Source: Spirochaetia bacterium (GTDB taxonomy: Bacteria; Spirochaetota; Spirochaetia; UBA9216). Taken from it: 64,000 nt of DNA. The number at the start of each line of letters is the position of its first letter. Within the stretch, counting starts at the first letter, position 1. Positions 1 to 13,500 of the stretch are shown piece after piece. The stretch covers positions 3,040,001 through 3,104,000 of the forward strand of contig OY776510.1 in NCBI GenBank assembly GCA_963675665.1, written 5' to 3'. Under the pieces are notes generated by a model that saw nothing but the letters and a program-made list of their open reading frames with translations, was not told where the DNA came from and searched no databases. Made by a program: the position numbers and the translations under genes.

Positions 1-1
1 T

Positions 2-235
2 GAATTAGAACGGAATGGATATAGAGCAATTTTAAATTGTGCAGATAATGCTAAAGTTCTAAATAGACAGGAAGAAGGTAGCATTGTCGATGTTGATATT
101 TTTAAAAATATAGAGGAGTCAATTAATAAAGCTGATATTATGAATATTGCAGAAGAATTACATGATAATGAAAAATATTTATTTTATTCAATTATTAATC
201 CATCGATAATAGAAAATAGGAATCCCGAATATTAG
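2..235 (+). CDS. 3' end of a TIGR04255-like protein (truncated by window start)
   Basis: Hand translation of frame 2 is open: ELERNGYRAILNCADNAKVLNRQEEGSIVDVDIF...LHDNEKYLFYSIINPSIIENRNPEY*. The GSIVDVD...LH..EK.LF...NPEY ending resembles my recollection of TIGR04255 C-termini. The stop overlaps the AGGAG RBS of the next gene. Confidence 0.55.
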   Translation, partial: ELERNGYRAILNCADNAKVLNRQEEGSIVDVDIFKNIEESINKADIMNIAEELHDNEKYLFYSIINPSIIENRNPEY

Positions 236-247
236 GAGAGTTTTATA

Positions 248-781
248 ATGGTAACAATGAATTGTGTACCTAAAGAGAGCCAATGCAAATATTGGATAGA
301 TTCTGAAATTGGTACCTGTGCTCCATCAATACAGCCCATTTTAAACGAGGGTATTATTGATAATAATATTGAATTAGAAAAGTATATTAGCAGGCTTTCT
401 GATTATTCTCTTCCTATTTTCCTAAAGGATATTGATATTTTTACTGAAAAAGTTTCTATATTATCCGAAAGCTTTGAAGGGGAAATAGAAAGAAAGAACA
501 TTTTTATACATTCTATAATTCAAGAGCAAATAATGACTTTATTTCAAGATTTGGTTTTGTCAAATTATATTTTGGCTTCATTGGAAATTGTTGATAATGA
601 AAGTATTTTTTTTAATATAAAGTATAAGGATGATATAAATATTCATGTTGATGTCTATTTAGAGGATGAAGAATTATTTGGTAATGAAATATATTATGTG
701 GTTTATAAAGGTGATAATTTCCTGAAAAATGGAGAAACAAATTTATTCAATCTAAAAAAGGTAATTGTAGAATATACTTAA
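248..781 (+). CDS. Hypothetical acidic protein, middle gene of AT-rich three-gene module
   Basis: 177-aa ORF with an AGGAG RBS at about 234-238. The stop overlaps the next start (TAATG). Confidence 0.7.
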   Translation: MVTMNCVPKESQCKYWIDSEIGTCAPSIQPILNEGIIDNNIELEKYISRLSDYSLPIFLKDIDIFTEKVSILSESFEGEIERKNIFIHSIIQEQIMTLFQDLVLSNYILASLEIVDNESIFFNIKYKDDINIHVDVYLEDEELFGNEIYYVVYKGDNFLKNGETNLFNLKKVIVEYT

Positions 782-1395
782 TGGAAGGCTTATACCCAAA
801 AGAAATTTTACCTGAAGATAATTATATAATTATTGATAGGGATGACTATACGGAAGATTTATATTTTTCAAGAAGAGCAATAGCAAATGATCAGTTAGCA
901 GATGATTTAGGAGATGTAAGAATAGATGCAATAATTACATCTTCGCAAGATTTATATGGGCTTTCATTAAATTTACTTGGTAGATTTAATGCAGAGCATA
1001 ATTTTTATATTGTTGATAATAAATCTGGATTATTGGATCTTTGGGCGCCAGGGATGGACATACCAGATCCTGAAAATATTGAATATGAATATGAGAAATG
1101 TGCATTATTATTTCTTGAATTATCAAAAATAAATGGCTGTGATTATCCTTATCACTACTCGAATAGCGAATATAATGGAAGAGGAAAAGTTATACATAGT
1201 CCTATAAAATGCAACTACTGGCATTATGAATTGAAATTTATTGATAATGATGGAAAAGAAATAACTAGAGATAGTAAAAAATGGAAGCGTAGTGCAGCAA
1301 AATCTTTTATAAAATCATATTTAAAGAAGCATATAAAATTAGTAAAACCAGACTATAAATTGCTCGATGAATCGTTTTATATAAAAATTGTATAG
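781..1395 (+). CDS. Hypothetical protein, possible ADP-ribosyltransferase/RES-like fold
   Basis: 204-aa ORF translationally coupled to the upstream gene. Motifs LYFSRR, GLSLN and HSPIKCNYWHYEL are spaced like the R / S / H-x-E elements of ART-like toxins (inference). Confidence 0.5.
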   Translation: MEGLYPKEILPEDNYIIIDRDDYTEDLYFSRRAIANDQLADDLGDVRIDAIITSSQDLYGLSLNLLGRFNAEHNFYIVDNKSGLLDLWAPGMDIPDPENIEYEYEKCALLFLELSKINGCDYPYHYSNSEYNGRGKVIHSPIKCNYWHYELKFIDNDGKEITRDSKKWKRSAAKSFIKSYLKKHIKLVKPDYKLLDESFYIKIV

Positions 1396-1575
1396 ATAAT
1401 CCATTTAACAAGAGATTTGCAACAGTACTTGGTTTAAAGATAGAGAAGATTTATTGTAAATGAAGAAAAAACAAAAATTTTTTGATTTTTAAAATATTTC
1501 ATGATAGGCTTGTATAAAACAAACGTCAGCTAATAAAGATAATTTAAAAACGCTAATTATAAAAAGGATAGTTTT

Positions 1576-4500
1576 ATGAAGGGTGTCCGTAGTCTTTTTA
1601 CGGTGCTTCTCTGTTTTTACTCGTTTATTTTGATATCAAATGTTATTTCGCAGGACTCAGAGTACAATCACGCTGATATATCTTTTGACAATGTTCTTTT
1701 CAGATCCTACCTTGATACGGCGGACAAGAGAAAATCCTCGGAGCAGTGGCTCGATTACGCACGCTTCGGGCTTGAGAGCGCGTTATCTTCGTGGGAGAAG
1801 GAAATCATTCTGTTGCTGGGCGATGATTTCGATCTTTCAGATCTTCGCGATGACGCAGAGACGGAGCTTGACGAAATTCTGAAAGAGCGCTATGCCGAAT
1901 GGCTCAACAATAATTTTTTTAATTCGGTTGATCCGCCCTCACTGGGGGCTTTGAGCAGCGAGATAGTCGCGCTGAACGGGCAGTATCTGTATGAGACGGA
2001 CAAGAACGGGAATATTACATACAAGACAACAGTTAACTATTCCGATGTTTATACGACCGACGCGACGGGAAACGAGACGCTTGTACAAAAGGGCGAGAAG
2101 ACGCTCTGGGTCGAGGGGGTAAAGTCGAAGATTGCCGAACTTCTCGATGCCTGGAGTCAAAAAATGACGACGGCCTTTTCGGAGTTAAGGGCTTCAGTAA
2201 CGGAACTGGCCCTTCTTGAAGAACTTGAGCAGGATTACCTGCGCGATTATGAAAGCTATCAGGATAATTACCGCGATGAGCTTTACCGGCTCTACAATAC
2301 CGAACAGAGCAGGTTCACGAGGTTGAGGCTCTACGACCAGTATTCGCTTGAGCATCAGAGCGGGCAGGAAACTGCGTCAAATATATCGAACGAGCTTATT
2401 GCCGCGACCCGGGCCGAATTGAACAGTAAGCTTGAAGCGCTTGTAAGAGGATTAAACGCACAGGCTGCGTCCGGCGAAAGCGGCAACGGAATAGTTAATG
2501 CCGAAGACTGGCGCGAGTCTTTCTCGACTCTGCTTACGCTGGGAATGAACAGTTGGGACGAGGCCGAGCAGGAGCTTCTGATGAAGCGGATAGAATGGGA
2601 GCAGGACGCCGCAGGCGAGGTCTCCGACGGGGAAGAAGCCTGGGCGGACGCCTTCCGTCAACTGTCTGAAAAACGTACCGAGTGGATGAACGAATACCGC
2701 CGGACGCTGCAGGAAGGAAACCTGCTGTGGGCCGAAGAGAGCCTGGAGCTTGAAGAAGCAATAGCAAAGGCCGTGTCCGAGATAGATGAAAGCATAGCGA
2801 ATTCCGGGGCTTCTTTGCAGAGCCGGATAGACAACCTTGTAGGAATGCTTTTACAGTCTGTAAACATGATGCGTACGGCAAGGACCAGCTGGGAATACTG
2901 GATGGATCGTTTCGACGAGGGCGAAAAAGGTTCGTTTGATACGAGAGGAATAGATTTTGATCCGGATTCGATGCTGGCCGTTACGGAGGAAGTTAAAAAC
3001 AGACTTGATGAAGAAAAGCTGAATGAAAAATATTCAACCATTGCAGCTTATTCGGATTATGATCAGGAAGCCATGAAGCATGCAATGGCATGGATAGATG
3101 ATAAATACGGAATATATACGGAGGGATTGTGGTCCGAACCTCTGTCGTACTCAGACAAACTTGATATCTTCAATTCATATGACCCTTATAAATATAATAT
3201 CCCATACTATGGTCTTAATCCATATTATCTCTATAATGTCAGAAACCAATATTTTTCGGCTATTGACGATCTGTTTTCTGAAATGGCGGTACTTGGTTCC
3301 GTGCCTCAGACCGGAAGCGATGTTTATGACGAAGCCGTATACTGGATAGATATGTTCAGGACCTATCAGGAGTATGCCCTTGACGCCCGGCAGGGGCTTG
3401 CTGAAACCTACGGGATAGTTGTTTTTGACAATGCCTCGCTTCAGACGGCCTTTAACGGAGACGAGCTGAACGATGCCCTGCTTGATAATGATCTTTTATT
3501 CGATCAGGATTCCTGGGAATCTATTTATCTGGATGAGTATCAGGTGGAGCTTTTAAAGGCCAGGGCATACATGCAGTACTGGCGGAAACAGCAGGAGATT
3601 GCCCGGGCTGTCTATGATTACGCGGCCGACAACTCTTCCACCAAGGAGAATGCCGGGGTTACTTTAGGAAGACTCGCCGATGCGAAGGCAGCCTATGAAG
3701 AGGTCCTTGCCGAATACTCCGATTGTCTCGACAGGCTTTCGAACATCAGCACCGACCTTGAGACGCTGCAGGCCGATATGCAGACCATTCAGGAAGAGAT
3801 AGACGGTTACCAGCAGCAATTGGACGACGTTCGGTCTCAATATAACAGTGCAATCACCGATCTCGATCTGGGCAATGCGGAATACCTTGCCGGACAATAT
3901 CGCGAATACTACATCCGGCTTCTGGAAAGTATGGGCATGACAGGAGATTCTGAGGAAAGTCCGTCGACTGCGCTCGAAGAATACCTTCTTGCGGCCTCGG
4001 AATACGGGCTTGAAGACCGGATCTCGCTTGTATCAAACAGGATTGTCGGGCTTTTAAGCGGCGGCGAGAATACAAACCTGGACGGCAGCATGTTCAATCC
4101 GGAAACCGCGTCGCTGTCCGAGCTTGGAAGACGGATGCAAACCGTTTCGGACGCAGGCTTCATTTCGGGCCCTTCAACGGATGAGCTGTTCGGGTTTGAA
4201 GGAAACGAAGAGGCGATTGATCAGTTCAATGCCTATCTGTCCGACAAACTGCTTCTGCCGATGAGCGATTACCGCCATGACAAGCTGATTGAATACTTTA
4301 CAGCCTATACCGACGCGGACACGGAAGAGATTGAAAAGAGCAGGCTGCTCTGGCAGATGCAGCTTATTGCGGAGGAAGTCCGAAACGAAAACAGCATGAA
4401 CTATGAGCTGAGGCTGGCGGAGCTCAGACTTCTTTCGACCGACGACTTTTCGTCCTGGGCACAGCAGCACTTCGGCGACGAAGCGGCTGATGCCGATCCT

Positions 4501-7500
4501 GAAGGATTAATCGGAAGCGCGGAAGAATCCGGGCTGACCGGTATTACCGAAGCAGTTGTGCGGGATTTACAAGTGTATGAGGAAATCCTTGAACTGTATC
4601 AGCAGCAAGCCGATTCGGGCGGCGGGGAGTTCGTAATATATGAATGGGGTTCCGCACCCGGCGACACGCCTCCGGAACTTTCGAAACAGCAGGCCCTGCA
4701 GATTCTGTGGGACTACAGGGGCGGCGATACAGATGAAGAAACCGCATCGGACATTTTCGGGGTAGTCGAATCGCTCGGGGCCCTTGTTTCCTGGCTTGAA
4801 TCCCTCGGAAGTCTTGATGATGATATATCCGTACTCGAATCGGCAGTGCTTAATCCCGACGAGGCCCTGGGGCAGCAGTATCTTAAAGCCTGTCTAAGCG
4901 GACGCCGTAATCTTGCAACCGATATGGGCGATATGTATTCAGTGATCTATTCCGATTCCGTCAGCAGGCAGAAATACACAAAAGGGTTTGCCGAATTGTT
5001 GTCGGAAAATATCGATTACGCGCCCTGTCTGTCGGCTTACGGATATGAAAAATCCCGCGCGGGGCTGATAGAGATGCTTGCGCAGTTCGGGATAATAGAT
5101 GCCGATACCCTGATTTTTCATGCTCCCGAGGCCGTTTGGGAAGTCCGGGGATTTTCAACCGTCGAGGAAGTGGCCGGTTTCTTTACCGGGCTTGATAAGG
5201 CGGCATCGGGCCTTCAACTGCCTGAATATCTTGCGGAGATCTTTGAAGGGTACAGAGGCGAGCTGAAGGATTATTTCGCTATAAGGACCGCTTCGGCATT
5301 TTTCGGGGAGTTTTCCGGCGATCCGGGTCCTGTTAACGAAAAAATCAGGCTTGTAACGAACAGCATGAGCAGTCTGGGAGCGTTGACGGGCACACTTCAG
5401 AAAAGCAGTGATCAGAGCGTGAAACTTTTGGCTCTGGCCGTCTCCGATGATGTTTCGGACGAATTGCGGGAGGAAGCGGATTTTCGGCTGATAGAGACCG
5501 CTGGATTCGATCTGGCGGCCGACGCTCTGGACACGGACGGTTTCAGCGGCGCCGGGGCTGAATGGAACGAATTGTTCGACAATTATATATCAGCGGTGAG
5601 GACCGGCCTTGGTCAGGAAGACGGAATAGAGGACTACCGTTCGGCCATGACAGACCGGGCAGCGGAGCTTTGGGAGCTGTCTATTGCACTTGCCGATCCT
5701 GATTCGGTAGATCCGGACAGCGCTCCGGAACAATGGCTTGAATCCTACAGCGCCATGATCTGGAACAGTTTTGACTTTGACGAGGCGCTTGACCGGATTA
5801 CCGGGACCGACAGTACGATAAATATTTCTCAGCTTGAGCAACTTCGAATAATAGATCAGCTGATGCCCGAAACCGCAGGCGATTTTCCTTCCGATGTTGA
5901 GCTGGAGTGGCTTTACGAAGGAAATGAGGTCCTTCGTGAAGTTGATTCGATGATAGTCCTGGGACTGCCGGAATTGTGGGCCGGCGATTCGTTTGATATT
6001 GCGGAAACCGTAAAAAGCCGGTACTACAGTGATGAAGATATAAGCATAATGGAAGATATGCTTGTTTTGTCGATTGAAGAGTCGGAAGCAGGCGTTACAA
6101 CTGTAGACAAGGCCGTACAGCTCTGGAATGATCAATTCGACGGCGGTTTGGCGGACGGAAGCATTGACGGACTCCTGAAGGCCTTCTGCGGACTGGGGCT
6201 TATAAACCCGGCTGTGGAAGCGGCAGGGGAGTATTCGGCAGAATACGGATATGAAGACCTTCTTGACGAACTTTTGGCCGGGGCAGTCCTGAGCGAAGAC
6301 GATCTGGCCATTTTGGAGGAGGCTGTCCTGAATCCGGCGGAAGCCCTTGAAGCACGGCTTGACAAGCTTGCCGAGCTTGATGCCGAAGCCCTGTCGGGTG
6401 AAGAGCTTTACTGGAACCTTGCCTGGAATATCCGCTCGGACGCTGCGGAAGACGACTATTCCCGGACTGCCGCGCGCGGCGCCCGGATTTTTGACGATAT
6501 TGAAGCTGCCGGAGTAATCAGTAACTGGATTTCAAGCTTTGACGAAGCAGGTTTTGAATCGTATTCGGAGGAACTTGCGGACCTTTTTGATTCACAGATG
6601 AGCAGGATTGCAGGGCTTGCCCAAAGCCCGGCCGGAGGCGTCTATGCCTCCATAGCGGCATGCGGTATCGGCGAGGTACTGGTTGAGCAGGCCGGATATT
6701 CGGATGCGGACGCGGCTGATTTTGTAAACTGGTTTATGACAAAAAAAGGTATAGACGAAGCATTCGACCGGGAATCGTTGACCGATTATCTGTCGCTGGA
6801 ACCGGATGCGCGTTTTTATTCGGTTTTGGCCGATTATCCCGATGCGGCAAGCCACTATCTAAAGAAACAGATAGCGGAAGGAGCGTTTACCTCAACAACC
6901 CTGTCTGTTTTACTTGACTCCGTCAATCTTGCCGATGAGACGGAGGCGGAACTGGTTGAAATTCAGGGAATACTCGATGATGTAGAAGTCTATAACGAGC
7001 TTCTGCATGGAGATTTCGAGGATTTTCTTGACGAACGTTACGGCAGTGAAGAACAGAAGCGCACGGCGCGCGAGATCTACATGAGGTTTATGGGCAGCGC
7101 GGAGGTCCAGTGGGATGATGCCGTGTTCATGCTGTCTTCGGGTTGCGGAGCAGGCGCAAGGGAGATTCTTGATAACCTTTCGTTCAACCGGACAAGGGGC
7201 AGCAACCTTAGCGGGCTTAATCCCGGATCGGGAACAGGCTCAAACGAAGTGTTCTTAAACGAGGCCCTGATGACGATCTATGAGAAACTCTACGAAAGAG
7301 ATGACGCGCTGACGGCTGAACTGTCCGCTCTTCAGTCGGAGAGGGACCTTCAAGTCAGAGCAGCGGACTATCTCGGTTCTCTTGAAACTATCGATTCCGA
7401 CAACTGGCGAAGCTTCCTGAACGATGAATGCCTGTCCTCCGAAGACGATGAGCTGAATCTGGTTCCCGCTTCGACGGTTGATTATAATTATTCTGATTAT

Positions 7501-10500
7501 ACAAGAAATCTTCAGATAAACAATAATGACGGGGACCCGGTTTTTCAGAATTTTGATTCGCTTACGCTTTTTTCCGGCACGGGTAATGACCAGCTGAATA
7601 TAATTCTGGAAGCCGCAAACTCGTATCTTGATTACGCGGCATATCTGACCGCGGCAATCAACAGCTGGGACGACGGAACAATTTCGGCTACCGAAACCAT
7701 GAGAACCCTTCATGAAGGGCTTGGTTCCGCAGACGGCAGTGATTTCCGGAACAGCCTTGAATCCAAATCGTATGCTGAAATAAATCAGGCCTATTCATAC
7801 GAGATCGACGCGTCGGTTGAAAACGGATATAAAGAAGCCCGGAGTGAGTTTTATAACCTTACGGCAAAGATAGAATCAATTAAGGAAAGCCTTTCAAACT
7901 TCGGCTACAGAAGGGCGCGGCTTGTCAGAATGGCTGCTATGGGAAGTAGTGAACAGCTTGCGGAGCTCCGGCCCCTGAACGACGAGATAAGCGCGCTTGA
8001 GGCTGATATCGACGCGGCCCAGGCTGAATGGCAGGAGCTGATAGACGGCGCCGACGGATACAAAACGCTTGAAGAAGAATACGCCGGTGTTTACGCGCAG
8101 ACAAAAGCCGCCCTGGAGGAACTGAATGTACTGAAGCAGGAGTATTCTACTGCAAGGGCGATATACGAATACGCTTCGGCAGGCTACCTGAGTATAGACG
8201 ACGAAATACTCAGCGAGTTTGACCCGGTAGAGACCGGCGCCGAAGACGATTCAACAGCGCCGGAAGACGATGAAACCGAGGTAGAAAGCGGAATAACCGG
8301 CGGAACAATGGTGGCCTCTGATGTTGATCTAGGTGAACAGACCGCGGATCAGGTCTACCGCGATGCCCTGCTTGCGACCATCAACAAGGTAAGTCCCGCG
8401 GAAAGGCTTGTATATATAAATGAAAAGCTTGCAAGGGCCGGGGCCGCAAACGATGCGCTTGAGACGATAATAAACGGAGGCTCCGTGACCGGGTCAATCT
8501 ATTCGAAAGACGAGGTCTACCGGGCTTATTTCGATAATTACCTTGAAACCTTCCGCGAATCGCTTGTGTTGAACAAGATCAATCTCGTGCTCAACAAGGC
8601 AATCGCAAGGCAGGAGACCGTGACCCGTGAAGCCCTGTCCGACTGGAATACGGCGATTAGCGAAAGCTATGGAACGCCGGGCTATCTTGATTCAGAAGGC
8701 AACGCAATCGTTCCCGCCGGACTTGACTCATGCTCTATAGTACAAAATGCCGACGGAAGCCGGGACATAAACTGGGACGGCGCCGGCTCTAACGCGGAAA
8801 CATTCAGGCAATATTTTGAAGCAAATGAGAACTCCGAAACCGGTTCAAGTGATTTTCAAAACGATCTGATGCTCTGGCTGGAAAAAGTCAGCGGGATAAT
8901 GAACGGCAGCGGGGCCCGGGACCTTTTCACAACCTGGGCCATGGCGCTTAAATGGGAAGAGTTCCAGGCAGCAGGAGCCCCCGGCGATATAAACGACAAT
9001 TTCTGGACTGATTTCCTGAATAAAAACGGCGAAGGCGACCTGGACCGCGAAGGCGCCAGGACCCTGCTCATTACAGAATGGCAAAACGCCTTTAATAAGG
9101 TTAATTCCTGCACCGGTGAAAATAAACGGCTGTACAGTTTTTACAAGCTGCTCGATAAGGGCGGAATAATGCAGCTGAATACTGAAACAACAACGGGCGA
9201 CAGTTTTGAGACCTTTGATCTTCTCGGAGAAAATGAAAGCGTGATTCTGGCAAACCAGTATTTGTCGGATGAATATAATCAGGATGCCAATAACTTTTTT
9301 ATTGCCTCAATTCCAATGTTCAGCATGGCCGTAGCATATTTTGCTGCGGCAACACTTGCGCTTGCAATTCCGTTCAACTGGGTTGCCGCCATAATACTTT
9401 TCGCTTTGGGTACGGCAGCGGCCCTGGGCGGGGCTCATATGGTTGGAGAAGGAAACGCGAAAAAGGCCGCTGCAGATTATATTCAAAATAAGATTGTAAA
9501 ACCTGCGGAGTATAACAGTACGAAGTTTATGCTGAATTTCAAGCAAAACACATCATTGATTCTTGATAAGAAACAGGTGTATGAAGAAGAGTTCGCGAAA
9601 TTACAGAGGATGGAGGGAGAAGCCGACGGTGATGAAATCCTCACCGACGAACAGCGAATCGGGCTTTTAAAAATCTCGACTATTGAAGCCTTTAACAATG
9701 AAGGTGAAGATCTTCATGCCCTTCTGTTTCAGGGCGGACTTGTATCGGAAACCGGAAATACCGACGCTGATACCGCGGCGCTTGAAGCGCTGTTTGGCGA
9801 TTATCAGGAAATGATGGACCAGAGCGAGAAGGACGAAAGTGTCAACAGCAGCCTGTTTATAAGCGCGCTTGAAGAAGAATCGCAGGACTACAAACAGATT
9901 ACCGCGAGAGAGCTTAACGATTACCTGACCGGAGAAGACGGCGTTGCAAGAGAGCAGGTCGAGGCGGAAGAAGTGTACCGGAGTGCATACTATCAGTATC
10001 TGGCCGAAGAAATAAGCCTTGAGGAATTTGAAGAAGCGGCCGAATCGGCATTCGGAAACCCCGCCTTCTCGGTAAGGGAACACATGCTGAGGCTGTATGA
10101 ACAACAGGCCGGGATAGCGGAAATAATAATGGGCAGCGATCAGTTTAACGCCGCCATAAGCGCCGAGTTGCTTGAAAGCCGGGAACTCCTGCTATGCGGA
10201 AGCGGGAGCCGAAAAGGCATTTATGATTACAAGATGAGCAATTACCGTGAAGTCAGGATGTACGATCTGCAGATGCTGCAACTTGAAATGAACGAGAAAT
10301 ACCGCAACTGGGAGAACCGGATGAGGGCCATATCGGCACGGGGCGAGCTTGAATGGAGCGCCGGCGAACGGAAGCTTACCAGGAAATACACCGAATGGCA
10401 GAAAGAAACAAAGCGCCTGTACAACAGGCAGTCCGAAGCCTGGGACGATAAATACCTTGACTTTCTGAGCGATAAACAGGCATGGCTTGATGCGGTAATG

Positions 10501-13500
10501 ATCCAGAGCACGAAAGTCGGCGACATGGACGTGCTCGAAAACTTCGGAGAAATGACCGGAGCAGCCATAGCCGCAGCCGGAGCCGACGTGCTTGCAGGTG
10601 ATTTCAGCAGCCTGGAAACAGATCCTGGCGCGCTTCTGTCGGAGGTAGTAGACTTTGAGCTGTTGGGGACCCTGCTTGAAAACGCGCAGAACCTGAACGA
10701 CTCGATAAACGATACGGAGAACGTAATATTTACAGCCGCTGCGCCGGACAGCTTCACAACCGCCGACAGCCTGCAGGCGATAAAAGACTTTCAGTCTGTT
10801 CAGAATGAAGAGTATGAAAAGCACCTTGCCGAACTGGAACTTGAGCGTATGCTGGAACAGGTTGAGGATGCCGAGGAGAGCTTTAATGAGAGTATCGACT
10901 CCGCCAATAAAAGCCTGGACAGCAATATAAATCAAACAATGAGAAACGACGGCTACACGCGCAGCGGCGGACGCTATGAAAGAGAGCTTGTGGTAGGGGC
11001 AACAATAGGCGGGTACGTATATGAAGACGGTTATGTGAGCACATACGATGATTACCTCCCTGAAAATATTGATTTCGGAAGCGAATTGAAGGATGCCCGA
11101 AACAATGTTGCGAACCTTGATTCGAAAGGCCTGCAGGGGCTCGTTGCAAGGGCCATGGAGAACATACGGGAGCAGCTGAAACGGATATTCGGTTCGGACG
11201 ACGAGACGGAAAACGCCGAAATGCTTGTGGAGCTTGGTTTTCCGGTGACTGTGGAAAAAGATAAAGAAGGCACAGTAAAATATAAAAGAGAAGATACCAA
11301 TCACTCCATACTTGAGAGCGTAGCAGACTGGGTAGGGGAGCATCTTGATTTGAATATGGATACAAAAGAAAACTCTCCCGAAATATCACCGGGATTATTC
11401 GGAATACATGTAGGCTACGCGCCCGAGTTTGCCGATACCGCCGATACAGGCAGGGAATGGAACGACGAGGGGCAGCTGAAAGACGAAGGGCTTGGCGAAA
11501 TGGGAAGAATCATGGGTGAGTTTATCTTCAACAAAATGAAGGAAGGAGCCGGCTGGGCCGAGGTGAACATGCCGCATTACAAGAAACCGTTGTGGGAAGG
11601 CGAAATTTTCGGAATAGAAGCGCCGAGCGCTGCGGACCTGACGAGCCTTGCGGTTACTATCTGCACCGCCGGAGCTGCAAGCGGCGCAGGGGCCATACTT
11701 TCAGCGACAATAAACCTGAGCGATGATTTTGCGCTATCTGCAATGGACATAGTCACCGGAGACAAAAGCCTGCTTGAGGGAACGCTCGACTTTGGGAAAA
11801 AAGCATTTGTATCACTGGCAGGAGCAGGGATTGGCGAAGGCGGAGATGCTCTAAGCAGTACCCTGGATCTGGACTTGGGAGGGGAACTTCTGCTTGGCAC
11901 AGGAGAGCAGATAGTAACAAACACCGCCTCTGGAGCAATAAACGCCATAGAATACAGCGAAGAAGGAGGGTGGAACTACAACTGGAACACCCTTGTGCAG
12001 AGCGTGGCCGGAGAAGGTGCAGTAGCCGGGTATGTAGGAAGCGCCGCAGGAACGGCTGCAACATTCGGCTTGAACGAGTTGAATAACAGCATCGATGCCA
12101 ACGGATTTTATCTTGGAGATCTCAAAATAGATCAGGAACAAATAGGCCGTGTAAACTCGATGATAGGCGGTATTGCCGGTGAAGCGGCAGGTTCGCTTGT
12201 AGACAAGGATTTCTCGCTTAATGTTCTGAATCTGGCGGATATAATGGCGCTTGCGGGAGTTGAGGAAGAGAACACCAGTGACCTCGGCCTGTTTGAAGTG
12301 CATATGGGTTTTGACGAAGACGGAAACTTTACAAGCCGCAACAAGATAGGCACCGGCGGGGCCCAGGTAAGCTACCGCGATATTTTGTTTGATGCAGATT
12401 CAGTATTTAATAATATGGCAAGAATAAAGAGCATAAACGAAGACACTGCGGCAGCCGCGGCAAACCGCGACGTGATGCTGGGGATAACCGACAGAAGCAT
12501 AGGTGTTGATGAATTGACATTTGATGGAGCCAGCGAGGTAAGCGCGTTGCTTAGATCGCAGCTTGAAGGGACCCGAACCGAACAGAGTTACAAGAATATA
12601 AACGCATCGATGCATTCCATGACCGGTGTAATAAACAGCGGCTATTTGTCTGAAGGCAGTTCCGGGTATATAGAAGGTGATTCGGCAATGGCTGTAATGA
12701 TGCGTGAGCTTCTTGAAAATGACAAAAGCGGCATCAGCCATGAAAACCTGTTCGAAATGTTCGGCACCGAAGAAGGGCGCGAGCAGTTTGCAGAAGCAGT
12801 CCTTGATGCCAACCTGCTGCTTGCCTACAATCAGGGTGACATAGGCACTGATGAGTTTATGGGCAGTGATATCTTTAATACAACAGGAAGCTTCAGCCTT
12901 GCCTATGAGATGTATTCCGGAGCATACGGAGAAGAAACCTCGGCAGTAGTAACGCTTGCACGGATGTTTGAAAGCGGCAAAGCGTATGCGGGAACAATCA
13001 CAGATGCCGATATACAGGCGGATATAATTTCACAGAAGGAAGCCCTGGTAAATGAATATTTCAAGGAAGATATTGCCAATGCCGATGCTCTTTTGGGAGG
13101 AAATTTCTTTAATGCTGAATCGCATATTAATGAGGGAATAATATCGAACAGGATGGAACAGATAGGTGATGAAATGGCGGCAATAGCAGCGGCACATCTG
13201 GCCCATCAGTCATTAGCTTCCGGTGTAACCGGATATGACTCAAATACCATAACATATAAGAAAACGGAGCTGGATGAACTGAAGAAAAATTGGCTTGATT
13301 CTGCAATTGAACTGTCAAAAATAGCAAATGATAACGGCATCAAGTTTAATTATGAATATGCTTTAATAAGCAAGAACCCTGTCATGAATGAGGCCGGAAC
13401 GGCGGCATCACCGGTATATGGGGGAACAGGATTATATACACTGTATGGATGGGAAGTAATAACCCCGGAAATGGCGGAAGCGACCGGAAGAGCTGTATAC

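Noticed and set aside
10192-11343. 383-aa antisense ORF and many shorter antisense ORFs inside the giant gene
   Set aside because: Shadow frames of a codon-biased gene, with no recognisable motifs or RBS and an unnatural composition.
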